From positions 358,629 through 422,628 of the forward strand of contig CAYPKR010000001.1 in assembly GCA_964411375.1 (NCBI GenBank): DNA of 64,000 nucleotides, in the 5' to 3' direction. The position numbers and the translations under genes are program-made. Numbering within the stretch: position 1 is the first letter of the stretch; every line of letters begins with the position of its first letter. The notes under the pieces are model-generated. The model was given only the letters and a program-made list of their open reading frames with translations. It ran no database searches and was not told the DNA's origin. The stretch is from an uncultured Candidatus Saccharibacteria bacterium. GTDB lineage: Bacteria > Patescibacteriota > Minisyncoccia > Phycocordibacterales > UBA12088. This document shows positions 34,668 to 44,247 of this stretch, one piece after another.

Positions 34668-35942
34668 ATGCTAGACATCAATTTCATCCGCGAGAATCTC
34701 GATATTGTTAAGATGGCAGCGAAGAAGAAGCATATCGATGTCGATCTTGACCGACTCATTGCGCTCGATGACGAACGCAAAGTACGCCAAACAAAGATAG
34801 AAGCGATGCGCGCTGATCAAAACGTCGCGAGCGATCAGATTGCTCGTGCCCGCGATTCTGCGGAACGTGAAGCAATCATCACGAGCGTGCGCGCCGTCAA
34901 AGATGAAATGCAGAAAGAAGAAGAAGCGATTCGTCCGATTCTTGAAGAATGGCGAGGACTTATGGTGATGGTACCGAACGTTCCGGATATGTCGGTTCCT
35001 GATGGTGATTCTGACGAAGACAATGTTGAAGCACGCGTATGGGGTGAAAAAACGACATTTGATTTTGAACCAAAAAATCATGTCGATCTTATGCTGGCAA
35101 ACGACATGCTCGATTTGGAGCGCGGCACCAAGGTTGCGGGATTTCGTGGATATTTTTTGAAAGGAGATGGTGCCAGGCTCGCGTTTGCGCTTTGGCAATT
35201 TGTTATTGATGAATTTTCAAAACAAGATTTTACGCCGATGATTGTGCCGTCTTTGGTTCGCCGCGAGCCATTTATCGGCACCGGGTATCTGCCACAATCG
35301 GAAGAAGATCTCTACAAAACGCAGGATGGCGATTATCTCGCGGGAACCGCAGAAGTCGCAACGATGGGCTACTACATGGACGAAGTCATCGATTCGAAAC
35401 AACTTCCAATAAAATATTTTGCATTTTCTCCATGTTTCCGTCGCGAAGCGGGAAGTCACGGCAAGGATACCCGCGGCATCATTCGCGTGCATGAGTTTTT
35501 CAAATTTGAACAAGTGGTGCTCTGCGAAGCGAATCACGAAACATCGGTCAAATTCCATGAAGAATTGACGAAGAATTCTGAAGAGCTTTTAAAGCTTCTA
35601 AACCTTCCATACCACGTTGTGGTAAATTGCGGCGGTGATATTGGACTTGGACAAGTGAAGAAATACGACATCGAAGCATGGATGCCATCAGAGAAAAAAT
35701 ATCGCGAGACACATTCGTCTTCGTACTTCCATGATTTTCAGACACGCCGCCTCAACATTCGTTATCGCGATGAAACCGGCAAAATGCGCTTTGTACATTC
35801 CTTGAATAACACCGCAATCGCAACTCCGCGCATCTTGGCACATATTATCGAAAACAATCAGCGTGCGGACGGTTCAATCTATATTCCCGAAGTATTACAA
35901 AAATACATGGGCAAAGCAGTAATCGAAGCGAAGCAGAAATAA
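34668..35942 (+). CDS. serS: seryl-tRNA synthetase
   Basis: The start is taken at MLDINFIRENLD, with TATATAAT at 34643. It has an N-terminal coiled coil and class-II motifs (FRREAGS, GRDTRGIIRVHEF, ...ATPR). Confidence 0.85.
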   Translation: MLDINFIRENLDIVKMAAKKKHIDVDLDRLIALDDERKVRQTKIEAMRADQNVASDQIARARDSAEREAIITSVRAVKDEMQKEEEAIRPILEEWRGLMVMVPNVPDMSVPDGDSDEDNVEARVWGEKTTFDFEPKNHVDLMLANDMLDLERGTKVAGFRGYFLKGDGARLAFALWQFVIDEFSKQDFTPMIVPSLVRREPFIGTGYLPQSEEDLYKTQDGDYLAGTAEVATMGYYMDEVIDSKQLPIKYFAFSPCFRREAGSHGKDTRGIIRVHEFFKFEQVVLCEANHETSVKFHEELTKNSEELLKLLNLPYHVVVNCGGDIGLGQVKKYDIEAWMPSEKKYRETHSSSYFHDFQTRRLNIRYRDETGKMRFVHSLNNTAIATPRILAHIIENNQRADGSIYIPEVLQKYMGKAVIEAKQK

Positions 35943-36809
35943 ATGATTAGAAGAAGGGGAATCGGAAAAGGGAGGCTTGAGGTAACGACAAAGGAGCGTG
36001 CAGAAAAGCGCCGCCTAAAAAGACGACGACGCATGATTCTCATTTTTATCTGCATACTTTTTCTCATCGCAGGAATTATTGGAATCTTCCATATCCCTGC
36101 GCTACGAATCAAAAGTGTTAAGGTTGCTGGAGTTGAAACAATTCCAGAAAATGCGCTCGAATCATTGATCAAAGACAATCTTGCCGGTTCGTATTTTTTC
36201 CTAATCCCCAAAGACAGCATTTTCTTTTATCCAAAGCGATCAATTGAGGGAACGGTCACCGATACCTATCCTGAAATTAAAGACGTTGGGGTTTCACTTT
36301 CAAATCTCACCACGCTTTCTAGTTCAGTTTCTGAGCGCCATCAAATCGGCGTGTGGTGTAAGGAGGAGATCACGTGCTATTTCCTCGACGACACCGGATA
36401 TCTTTTTGAAAATGCGCCGCAAATTTCTGGCAACGTGTATTTCACCTATCGCGGTGATCTCGTAAGCGGAACTTCAACTGATGCACTCAAAGGATCATTT
36501 CTTGATGAAGCCACATTCAAAAAATTAAACACCTTCATTCAAGCGCTCAAAGATCTCCATGTCTTTACGCCAATTGCATTTACCAAAACTGCCCAAGGAG
36601 AAGGAGTGATCTCGACTGAAGAAGGTGTCGATATTCGCATTAATACAGTGAGTGATATAAGCGCAACACTTGAAAATCTCACCTCAGCACTTGGAAGTTC
36701 GTCGCTCCAAGATCCAAAAACTCGCGCGAGCCTTGAATATATCGATCTCCGTTTTTCAAATAAAATTTACTACAAGCTCAAGGGAGGAAGTGCAGTCAAA
36801 GAGGAGTAG
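35943..36809 (+). CDS. FtsQ/DivIB-like cell-division protein (basic tail, TM, POTRA)
   Basis: RRRGIGKGRL...KRRRRM, a TM helix and IKSVKVAGVETIPENAL (POTRA-like). Confidence 0.5.
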   Translation: MIRRRGIGKGRLEVTTKERAEKRRLKRRRRMILIFICILFLIAGIIGIFHIPALRIKSVKVAGVETIPENALESLIKDNLAGSYFFLIPKDSIFFYPKRSIEGTVTDTYPEIKDVGVSLSNLTTLSSSVSERHQIGVWCKEEITCYFLDDTGYLFENAPQISGNVYFTYRGDLVSGTSTDALKGSFLDEATFKKLNTFIQALKDLHVFTPIAFTKTAQGEGVISTEEGVDIRINTVSDISATLENLTSALGSSSLQDPKTRASLEYIDLRFSNKIYYKLKGGSAVKEE

Positions 36810-36873
36810 CTATTGACGAGATGGTAATTTTGATGGTATAGAAAAGGTTGAACAATGTAGGGAGAGTCCTTGC

Positions 36874-37236
36874 ATGGGTTCATTCCACGAGTCTCATGTA
36901 GCAGACGCGAAAATCCTCGCAGAACTTTTTGCGGCGCTTAAAGATCCGGTTGCCGTTCTTATTTTTCTTTCGGCAAAGAAGGGGGAATTTTGGAGCGCGC
37001 ATGACATGGCTGCCTCGTTCGATGCGTCGCTCGATTGGCGGGCAAGCGCGGTTGCTCCGAGTGTAGCTACGATTCTCAGGCATGCAAATATACTCCATAG
37101 GCTTGGATTGCTGGAACAGGGTCCGTGGACCGATGGTTTCAAACGATTCTCGATCTCTTCACACGGTCTGCTGTTAAGGGAGCAATTCGTCTGGATAAGT
37201 GCTGCACGCAAGTCACGAAATATTTTTTCTCCTTAG
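36874..37236 (+). CDS. possible ArsR-like winged-helix regulator
   Basis: LAELFAALKDPVAVLIFLS...VATILRHANILHRLGLLE resembles the ArsR/SmtB HTH. Confidence 0.3.
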   Translation: MGSFHESHVADAKILAELFAALKDPVAVLIFLSAKKGEFWSAHDMAASFDASLDWRASAVAPSVATILRHANILHRLGLLEQGPWTDGFKRFSISSHGLLLREQFVWISAARKSRNIFSP

Positions 37237-37335
37237 GAGAAGCCGATTACACCCGCGTGGCGTCAGCCGCGCGGGAATTCTTTTTAACACTCACCCTCTC
37301 TCTAAACAGTTGATACACGGTATACTAAGGAGACG

Positions 37336-37719
37336 ATGCCCCTGGTATTTATCTATTACACCTATTGGCACTACACCCATGCGCCACGGGATATTTTCCA
37401 GATTTGGAAAAATTTCCTATGGTTTTTTCTCAATTTTTTCTCCATCCCTCTTCTCCTTATGTCGCTCTTTGCGCCATTTGAGCGACTCGATGAAAAACCG
37501 CGAAAAGGATTTGATCTCGAAGCGATCGGGGAAGCTTTGATTGTGAATATCCTGATGCGCATCGTTGGATTTGCGGTCAGGGCAGGAACAATCGCGATCG
37601 GACTCGTATTTCTGGCAGTCACTTTTTTTGGTGGAATACTTTTTCTTCTCGCATGGCTTTTGATGCCACTTCTGATTCTCTCCCTTATCGTTGCCGGAAT
37701 GTTTCTTATAGTTGTCTAA
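37336..37719 (+). CDS. small polytopic membrane protein, translationally coupled to the downstream AAA+ gene
   Basis: 127 aa with about 4 TM helices. It overlaps the next start by 8 nt. Confidence 0.45.
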   Translation: MPLVFIYYTYWHYTHAPRDIFQIWKNFLWFFLNFFSIPLLLMSLFAPFERLDEKPRKGFDLEAIGEALIVNILMRIVGFAVRAGTIAIGLVFLAVTFFGGILFLLAWLLMPLLILSLIVAGMFLIVV

Positions 37720-40189
37720 TATGATCTTCTCCGCATTCCAAGACACGGTCGAGAAAGTGTATGCGCCCGCGCTGCTTCTTGAACGAACACTGCCGCATCG
37801 TCTGCGCCATCGAATTGAACTCATACTCGACGGCATTCTCGCGCTTACATTTGCGGGGATCCTTGTTTCTTTTTTGTCTGCAAATGTTGCAAGTAATCTC
37901 GGCACCTATCCTGCGTTTCATTTCTTCACACTCTATGCGGATAAACTGTACGGCATTTTTTTGATCGCGGTCGCGCTTCGCGCAATCCTCTCCGGTCTTG
38001 AATCATTTTTTCGCTCGTATTATTTTCGAGGACTTGAAACAATCCTGAAAGAAAATACCCTCCATGAAATGCCGACCACTCTCGAAGTCGCGTCGTTCAT
38101 TTCCGGAATAAAAGGTGATGATTTGGTTGGCGGGTTTTTCATGTCGGAATATGGCGCTGAGATTGCACTCCGCTCCGGTCTTTCGCTCGAAAAAGTGCAA
38201 GCATTTCTTTCTGCTCGCGAACATTCACTTCCGCCGGCGACTCTAAATCTCACCGAACCAGTTTCGATGAAAAGCTATGCTTCCGACATCGTGCATTCAG
38301 ATGAGGGATTTGCACAATTTCTTCGCGAGTCAGGAATCACCGAAGATATTTTTATTGAAACGGCAGATTGGATAGAGCGTGCTCATTCAGAGGCGAAATA
38401 TCACCGAAGATGGTGGTCGCGCGACAATCTGGGACGCATTCCATCAATCGGCAAAAACTGGTCGTATGGTCAGGTACAAGTTCTTGAAAAATACGCGCAT
38501 CCGCTTGCGAGCGACCCGGTGTACCGTGCAACTGAAAATCAGTCGTGGGGAGATGAGGAGTCCGTCAAAAAATTGGAAACCATACTTTCGCGCGATCGCG
38601 AAGCAAATGCGCTTATGGTTGGAGAAGCGGGAGTTGGTGTTCTTGAAATTATCGCGCGACTTGGACACATGGTTGAAAGCGGTCAGGCGCTCCCACAACT
38701 TGAGCGCAAACGAATATATCTCTTGCAGGGAGATGCAATCATCGCAGGCACTCGCGAAAAAGGCGCATTCGAAGCCGCATTTCATTCGGCGATGAAAGAA
38801 GCGATTCGAGTCGGGAACATCATTTTGGTTATTGAAAATTTTCCACTCTTTGTGGAAAGCGCTTCGTCAATCGGATCCAATCCAGTCGAGCTTCTTGAAG
38901 ACTATCTTCGCTCGAATAAAATCCAATTTGTCGCGACTGCGGATCAAGGCGATTATCATCGCGTACTCGAACAAAATACGCTTTTCATGGAACTTTTCGA
39001 GCGAGTCCAGATTGGAGAAATGGGCGGCGAAACCTTGATTCGACTGCTTCAAAATCTTGCGCTCGAACTCGAACATCACACCGGAATTCTCATAACCTAT
39101 CCGGCGCTCAAGGAAATTGCCGAGGGTGCTGATCGTTACATCCCAGATGGCGTGATGCCAGACAAAGCGATCGACCTTCTCTCCGAAGTCATTCCCGCAG
39201 TTGAAGAAAAGAAAAAAGATACGGTTGAGAAAAGTGACGTGCTCGATCTCATCTCTGGCAAAACTGGCGTGCCGCTTGGAGATGTATCGACTGCAGAAAA
39301 AGACAAGCTCTTGAATCTCGAATCGATTCTTCATAGTCGGGTGATCGGACAGGATGCGGCGATTTCGGGCGTTGCAAATGCGATGCGACGAGCACGTGCG
39401 GGAATTCAAAATCCAAATCGTCCAATCGGCTCATTCCTTTTCCTTGGACCAACCGGAGTTGGAAAAACTGAGACGACCAAAGCGCTTGCGGCAGTGTTCT
39501 TTAATAACGAGGACGCGATGATCCGTCTCGACATGTCGGAATACAAAGGGGCGGATGCGCTGGAGCGGCTCATCGGCTCGTTTGAAACGGGGAAGCCAGG
39601 CACACTCGTTTCTAAACTTCGTGAAAAACCATATGCTGTTCTCCTCCTCGACGAGTTTGAAAAAGCAACTGCAGAAGCGCAGGATCTGTTCCTCCAAGTT
39701 CTTGACGAAGGTAAGTTTAAAGACGCGAGCGGCAAAGAAGTGAATGCGCGAAATACGATAATCATCGCGACATCGAACGCCGCGAGCGACAAAATTTGGG
39801 AATATTTCAAATCGAATACGCCGATTGACGGACACGAGCGCGAAATCATCGACACGATTATCGAGCGGAAAATTTACAAGCCGGAACTTTTAAACCGCTT
39901 CGACGGCGTCATCGTCTTCCATCCTTTGAGCGAGGCGGATATCGAAAAAGTCGCGCGCCTCATGCTTGAGCGTCTTGCGAAGCGCCTCAAAGAACGCGGC
40001 GTGATTCTTACGATTAACGATCCGCTGATCAAATACCTAACCAAGATCGGATACGATCCAGAGTTCGGTGCTCGTCCGATGAATCGCGCGATTCAAGAAA
40101 AAATAGAACAGCTCATCGCTGACCGAATGCTTCAAGGAACAATCAAATCTGGCTCGCACGTAGAACTTACTGATGCGGATTTGAAATAA
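37712..40189 (+). CDS. membrane-anchored Clp/Hsp100-family AAA+ protein with a degenerate (ATPase-dead) D1 and intact D2
   Basis: Two N-terminal TM helices are followed by one Clp-N-like repeat. The D1 Walker A is GEAGVGVLEIIARLG (K and T lost) and Walker B is ILVIENFP (DE lost). D2 is intact: [28 protein letters not shown] and GARPMNR. There is no long M-domain. Confidence 0.65.
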   Translation: MSNMIFSAFQDTVEKVYAPALLLERTLPHRLRHRIELILDGILALTFAGILVSFLSANVASNLGTYPAFHFFTLYADKLYGIFLIAVALRAILSGLESFFRSYYFRGLETILKENTLHEMPTTLEVASFISGIKGDDLVGGFFMSEYGAEIALRSGLSLEKVQAFLSAREHSLPPATLNLTEPVSMKSYASDIVHSDEGFAQFLRESGITEDIFIETADWIERAHSEAKYHRRWWSRDNLGRIPSIGKNWSYGQVQVLEKYAHPLASDPVYRATENQSWGDEESVKKLETILSRDREANALMVGEAGVGVLEIIARLGHMVESGQALPQLERKRIYLLQGDAIIAGTREKGAFEAAFHSAMKEAIRVGNIILVIENFPLFVESASSIGSNPVELLEDYLRSNKIQFVATADQGDYHRVLEQNTLFMELFERVQIGEMGGETLIRLLQNLALELEHHTGILITYPALKEIAEGADRYIPDGVMPDKAIDLLSEVIPAVEEKKKDTVEKSDVLDLISGKTGVPLGDVSTAEKDKLLNLESILHSRVIGQDAAISGVANAMRRARAGIQNPNRPIGSFLFLGPTGVGKTETTKALAAVFFNNEDAMIRLDMSEYKGADALERLIGSFETGKPGTLVSKLREKPYAVLLLDEFEKATAEAQDLFLQVLDEGKFKDASGKEVNARNTIIIATSNAASDKIWEYFKSNTPIDGHEREIIDTIIERKIYKPELLNRFDGVIVFHPLSEADIEKVARLMLERLAKRLKERGVILTINDPLIKYLTKIGYDPEFGARPMNRAIQEKIEQLIADRMLQGTIKSGSHVELTDADLK

Positions 40190-40207
40190 AAAAACAGGAG
40201 CCGTATT

Positions 40208-40540
40208 TCAGACTCCTGTAGAAGGGACGTGGTCGGGAATACCGATCTCGTCAAATATATACACGCAATCTCTGACAAACTGTCCGAATCGGTAGGGAAC
40301 CACCATCCGCTCCTCCCACTTGTCGGCGATGATGATCGCAAGCATTTTTGGTACGCAAATCGCGTCGAGAAGGGTTAGCAGAACCTGCCGTGGGCTAGCT
40401 TCTTCCGCATTTCCCCGTACTACGAGATACAACAGTTCCCTTGGTAGAAATACCCACGGCTTATCGTCAAGAATACCGAACGGAATATTGTCGTTCGCAA
40501 TCTCGAGGGATCGTATCAGCTCTGCAAACGCTTTGTCCAT
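40208..40540 (-). CDS. hypothetical protein (member of a 4-gene small-ORF operon)
   Basis: 110 aa. A hairpin at 40196-40222 follows the stop. Confidence 0.35.
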   Translation of the reverse strand: MDKAFAELIRSLEIANDNIPFGILDDKPWVFLPRELLYLVVRGNAEEASPRQVLLTLLDAICVPKMLAIIIADKWEERMVVPYRFGQFVRDCVYIFDEIGIPDHVPSTGV

Positions 40541-40549
40541 CGATTTCTC

Positions 40550-40882
40550 CTAGAATCTGAGCGTGTAGAACTCAAGATGTTCATGATGTTCCCGAGCGAT
40601 CGAGATAGCCATCGGAACAGGAAGAACATGATCTTGTTCCCACTCTCTAAGTATTAGGAATGTCTTCACATTCGAATACCCGGCAGCTTTCGCATGGACT
40701 GAAAGATATTCCTTGGACCCATCATTCTCAATGATCCACGCATGTAGTTGAGGATCTTCCTCCTTAATGCTTACAAATTCGTTGACATCCAAATCGGGAA
40801 GAAAATCATCATTGGCTGCGATGGGCATAACCCACCACTTAGGGTGTAACTCTATGACCGTATCGGTCATCGTATGCTCCAC
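40550..40882 (-). CDS. hypothetical protein
   Basis: 110 aa, acidic, lying 10 nt from the neighbouring gene. Confidence 0.35.
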   Translation of the reverse strand: MEHTMTDTVIELHPKWWVMPIAANDDFLPDLDVNEFVSIKEEDPQLHAWIIENDGSKEYLSVHAKAAGYSNVKTFLILREWEQDHVLPVPMAISIAREHHEHLEFYTLRF

Positions 40883-40963
40883 TTCTCGGTTACTTCCTCA
40901 GATTACCTTGAACCGCTGAGTCGCTCTTGTCAATTACTCTATCTCATATAGAAAAGGGGAGCC

Positions 40964-41329
40964 TTAATTGCTCCCCCACCTCGCCACTATTTTCGGATCG
41001 TCTCTTGCTAGACGATATAATTTTACTGCTTCGAGAAAATTCAGCACCCATTCGATTGAAAGATATCCCGGTCGCCTAGCATCATTCCTAAATCTCGATT
41101 TGAGTACTCGATGCGCTTCACTGTCTTTGTGCAGAGTAATGTAGCGGTGTACGAAAATCCAATATCCACTGGGATCAAATTCCATTCGAGCGGCAGTAAC
41201 AAGTGCTACTTCACAAAGCGGAGAAGTTTTTTCCCGCTTGAATAATACCAAGTAGGTGTCGGCAAATTCGCTGGGGATAAATTCACAGGAAAATTCTCGA
41301 ATTACCCTCAAACGTTCACGGGTAACCAT
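40964..41329 (-). CDS. hypothetical protein
   Basis: 121 aa. Confidence 0.35.
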   Translation of the reverse strand: MVTRERLRVIREFSCEFIPSEFADTYLVLFKREKTSPLCEVALVTAARMEFDPSGYWIFVHRYITLHKDSEAHRVLKSRFRNDARRPGYLSIEWVLNFLEAVKLYRLARDDPKIVARWGSN

Positions 41330-41562
41330 GCCCCTCTCCTCAAGCTTCGTCTGTGATGTTGTTGCGCTAAGAACGCTTCTCGAGCTTCTCGTGCATCTTG
41401 TTCCGCGAGCGTAGAACGCAGGCGATCCCTTTGGCTCTGCAAGCAGTCTCTTACGAGCTCTTCAGTAAGCGGCCCACCATATTTTTGTTGATGGCGAACT
41501 GCACCCCACGGGATGAAGTCAAAGCCTTCGCGCATGACACGCTCCCAACTGTCTCCAATCAC
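41308..41562 (-). CDS. hypothetical protein
   Basis: 84 aa, with a 22-nt overlap with the downstream gene. Confidence 0.3.
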   Translation of the reverse strand: MIGDSWERVMREGFDFIPWGAVRHQQKYGGPLTEELVRDCLQSQRDRLRSTLAEQDAREAREAFLAQQHHRRSLRRGAWLPVNV

Positions 41563-41599
41563 AATTCCACTTGTACATTATGCTGTCAATCGGTAGAGT

Positions 41600-42583
41600 G
41601 TGCGCATGTCATTTTGGAATAATTTGAAGAAACCGATACTCGTACTTGCGCCGATGGCAGACGTGACTGACGCGGCATTTCGTCGTGTCATTGCAAAATA
41701 CGGCAAACCGGACGTGATGTGGACTGAATTCGTTTCTGCCGATGGTCTCTATCATACTCGTGAAATTCAAAAAATTCCCGATGATCAGAATCCGCTAATG
41801 AGTGATCTTATTTTTTCCGAAGCGGAACGACCAATTGTCGCGCAATTTTTTACCGCAAAGCCGGAGATGATGGAATATGCCGCACGTCTCGCGCGTGAAC
41901 TCGGTTTCGACGGTGTTGATATCAACATGGGCTGTCCTGACCGAAGTATCGAAAAGCAGGGTGCAGGCGCGTCCCTCATCAAAAATCCGGAGCTCGCGAT
42001 CAAACTCGTCGAAGCCGCTAAGCGAGGTGCAGGCGATCTTCCTGTTTCAGTAAAAACTCGTATCGGATATTCGAAGCGCGAAGAACTTGAAGAATGGATT
42101 CCAAAAATTCTTGCTGCAAAGCCAGCGGCGCTTACGCTCCACGCGCGAACACGAAAAGAAATGTCGAATGTTCCTGCACGATTCGAACATGTGAAGCGCG
42201 CAGTCGAAATTAGAGACGCAGTTTCTCCAGAGACGCTCATTCTTGGAAATGGAGATGTAATGACAATCGAAGAAGGGAAAGTAAAAACTAAAGAAACGGA
42301 TTCTGACGGCGTCATGATCGGTCGTGGCATTTTTGGCAATCCATATTGCTTTAATCCGGAAATCAAGATGAATGAATTGCCTCTTTCTGAGCGATTCAAG
42401 ATTATGATTGAACACACCAAACTATTCAGTGAACTGTTGCAACACAAGAATTTTGCAATCATGAAAAAACACTACAAAGCCTATGTGAATGGATTTGATG
42501 GCGCCAAAGAACTCCGAATGAAACTGATGGACGCAAAGGATGTGAAAGAAATTGAGGCAATTGTGTCCGAGTATCTCAGGTGA
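41600..42583 (+). CDS. dus: tRNA-dihydrouridine synthase
   Basis: LAPMADVTDAAFRRV, the FMN-binding region INMGCP, catalytic Cys at GCP and the VKTRIGY lysine. Confidence 0.8.
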   Translation: MRMSFWNNLKKPILVLAPMADVTDAAFRRVIAKYGKPDVMWTEFVSADGLYHTREIQKIPDDQNPLMSDLIFSEAERPIVAQFFTAKPEMMEYAARLARELGFDGVDINMGCPDRSIEKQGAGASLIKNPELAIKLVEAAKRGAGDLPVSVKTRIGYSKREELEEWIPKILAAKPAALTLHARTRKEMSNVPARFEHVKRAVEIRDAVSPETLILGNGDVMTIEEGKVKTKETDSDGVMIGRGIFGNPYCFNPEIKMNELPLSERFKIMIEHTKLFSELLQHKNFAIMKKHYKAYVNGFDGAKELRMKLMDAKDVKEIEAIVSEYLR

Positions 42584-42883
42584 TGCAGGGTGCACTTATT
42601 TGTGTTACATAGAATCTAGAGCTCGTCTCTAGAGGGGAAGAGTAATGTCCTTGGACACACACCTACCACTTTTTATTGGGTCCCATCATCTCGTACTTGA
42701 GCAAATAATCAGACAAGGCATATTTCCTTTCTGGCTAATTCCTGACTATAGCTATCACCTGGCGGTCAGGATCAACTCGATCGGAGATCTATGCGAACGT
42801 CTTCCCGATGTTTTTGGGAGGAGTGACAAACGAAGACTTCAACTTTCGCATGAAAGAGCCGCAGGAGGAGTATTCGCGCATGC

Positions 42884-43327
42884 ATGTTTGAGGTAGAAAG
42901 GAAGACCTTCGCGCCGGAGAAACTCTCCGGCGCGATTCATTTTGACTTGTCCCCATACTTTTCGATCCTCATTCTATTTTCAGATACAAAGGGTCAGTAT
43001 AATAGAGACGTGGAGCAGATACTTGAGACGAACATTTTTTTCTACATCACCTCTGTCGCCGTTGTGGTGGTAGCAGTCTTAGTCTGTATCGCGCTCTACT
43101 ACATCATTGGCATACTTCAGAATGTTCGTGATGTCACCGATCGGATTCGTCGTGGTAGCGAACAGCTTGCGGAAGATGCGAGTGAATTTCGTGAACAGAT
43201 TATCCAAACGACAACGCCGATTCGTGATGTCGCTGCGTTCGTAGGACGAAGAACCGGATGGTTCGAAGGCGGTAAGAAAAAACGTGCCAAACGAAAAAGC
43301 ACGAAAAAGCCGAAGACAGAGGAATAG
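42884..43327 (+). CDS. single-TM hypothetical protein with Lys-rich tail
   Basis: 147 aa. Confidence 0.3.
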   Translation: MFEVERKTFAPEKLSGAIHFDLSPYFSILILFSDTKGQYNRDVEQILETNIFFYITSVAVVVVAVLVCIALYYIIGILQNVRDVTDRIRRGSEQLAEDASEFREQIIQTTTPIRDVAAFVGRRTGWFEGGKKKRAKRKSTKKPKTEE

Positions 43328-43365
43328 TACGGACGCCCAGTAATTACAAATAATTCAGGACGAAT

Positions 43366-43770
43366 ATGAAAAAAGCAGTTAAACGAAATCTCGGTGTCGC
43401 AGCTGCAGCAGCGGCAGCAGGAGTCGCGGCAGCAGGGGCAGGCGCATATTATTTTTATGCAAGTAAAGATGCGAAGAAACATCGTAAGGTAGCTGCTGCG
43501 TGGATGCTTAAAGCAGAAAAAGAAATAAAATCACAGGCAGGGAAGCTCAAGGATGCAGCGATGAACGAAAAGAACTACAAACAGATCGTTCAAACTGTTT
43601 CGAAGAAGTATCAGCAGGCAAATAAGGTTGGTGGCGCGGAGCTCGCATCATTCGTCAAAAATTTGAATGGCGAATGGAAGAAAATGAAGAAGCAGGCGCC
43701 AGCTGCAAAGAAGGCAGTCACAAAAGCAGTACAGAAGGTGGCGAAGAAGGCCGCTGCAAAGAAAAAATAA
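43366..43770 (+). CDS. Ala/Lys-rich protein (TM helix + histone-H1-like AKKA-repeat tail)
   Basis: 134 aa followed by a strong terminator at 43778-43826. Confidence 0.4.
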   Translation: MKKAVKRNLGVAAAAAAAGVAAAGAGAYYFYASKDAKKHRKVAAAWMLKAEKEIKSQAGKLKDAAMNEKNYKQIVQTVSKKYQQANKVGGAELASFVKNLNGEWKKMKKQAPAAKKAVTKAVQKVAKKAAAKKK

Positions 43771-43870
43771 TATTTTGAAACAAACCCCCGCGCGACCGAA
43801 GGTCGCGCGGGGGTTTGTTATTTTATAAAAAAGTTGTAATTTACTTCAAGCGCTATTTGGGGACAGTCCG

Positions 43871-44197
43871 ATGAAGCATGTCTTCTTGGTTCTATGGATG
43901 TTTTCTTGCCTCTTCTTCTCTGTACTGTGTGTCAGCGGTCTTTTTGAGGAGAATTACCCACAAGCAGGTTTTGGGGTGATTCTTGTTTCCTACGCATACT
44001 TTCGTTTCTTCCGAACTTCAAGACAGCCCCTTTCTCTACATAATGCGCGAGATAACGTGCTGGATGGAGGACTCTCTGTATGCGTCGGAGTCTACGGTCT
44101 TTTCTTTACAAATCTGTTTCCTGATCTGACTCCATATCTCTGGCTCTTGTTCATTTGCTTTGGCGTTCGCATCGCGTTTTCAAATGCTCCAACATAA
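43871..44197 (+). CDS. small membrane protein, hypothetical
   Basis: 108 aa with 3 TM helices. Confidence 0.35.
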   Translation: MKHVFLVLWMFSCLFFSVLCVSGLFEENYPQAGFGVILVSYAYFRFFRTSRQPLSLHNARDNVLDGGLSVCVGVYGLFFTNLFPDLTPYLWLLFICFGVRIAFSNAPT

Positions 44198-44247
44198 TAA
44201 TGGCGGCCCTTCGGGGCCGTTTCTATTTTCTGCTATACTGAATCCTT

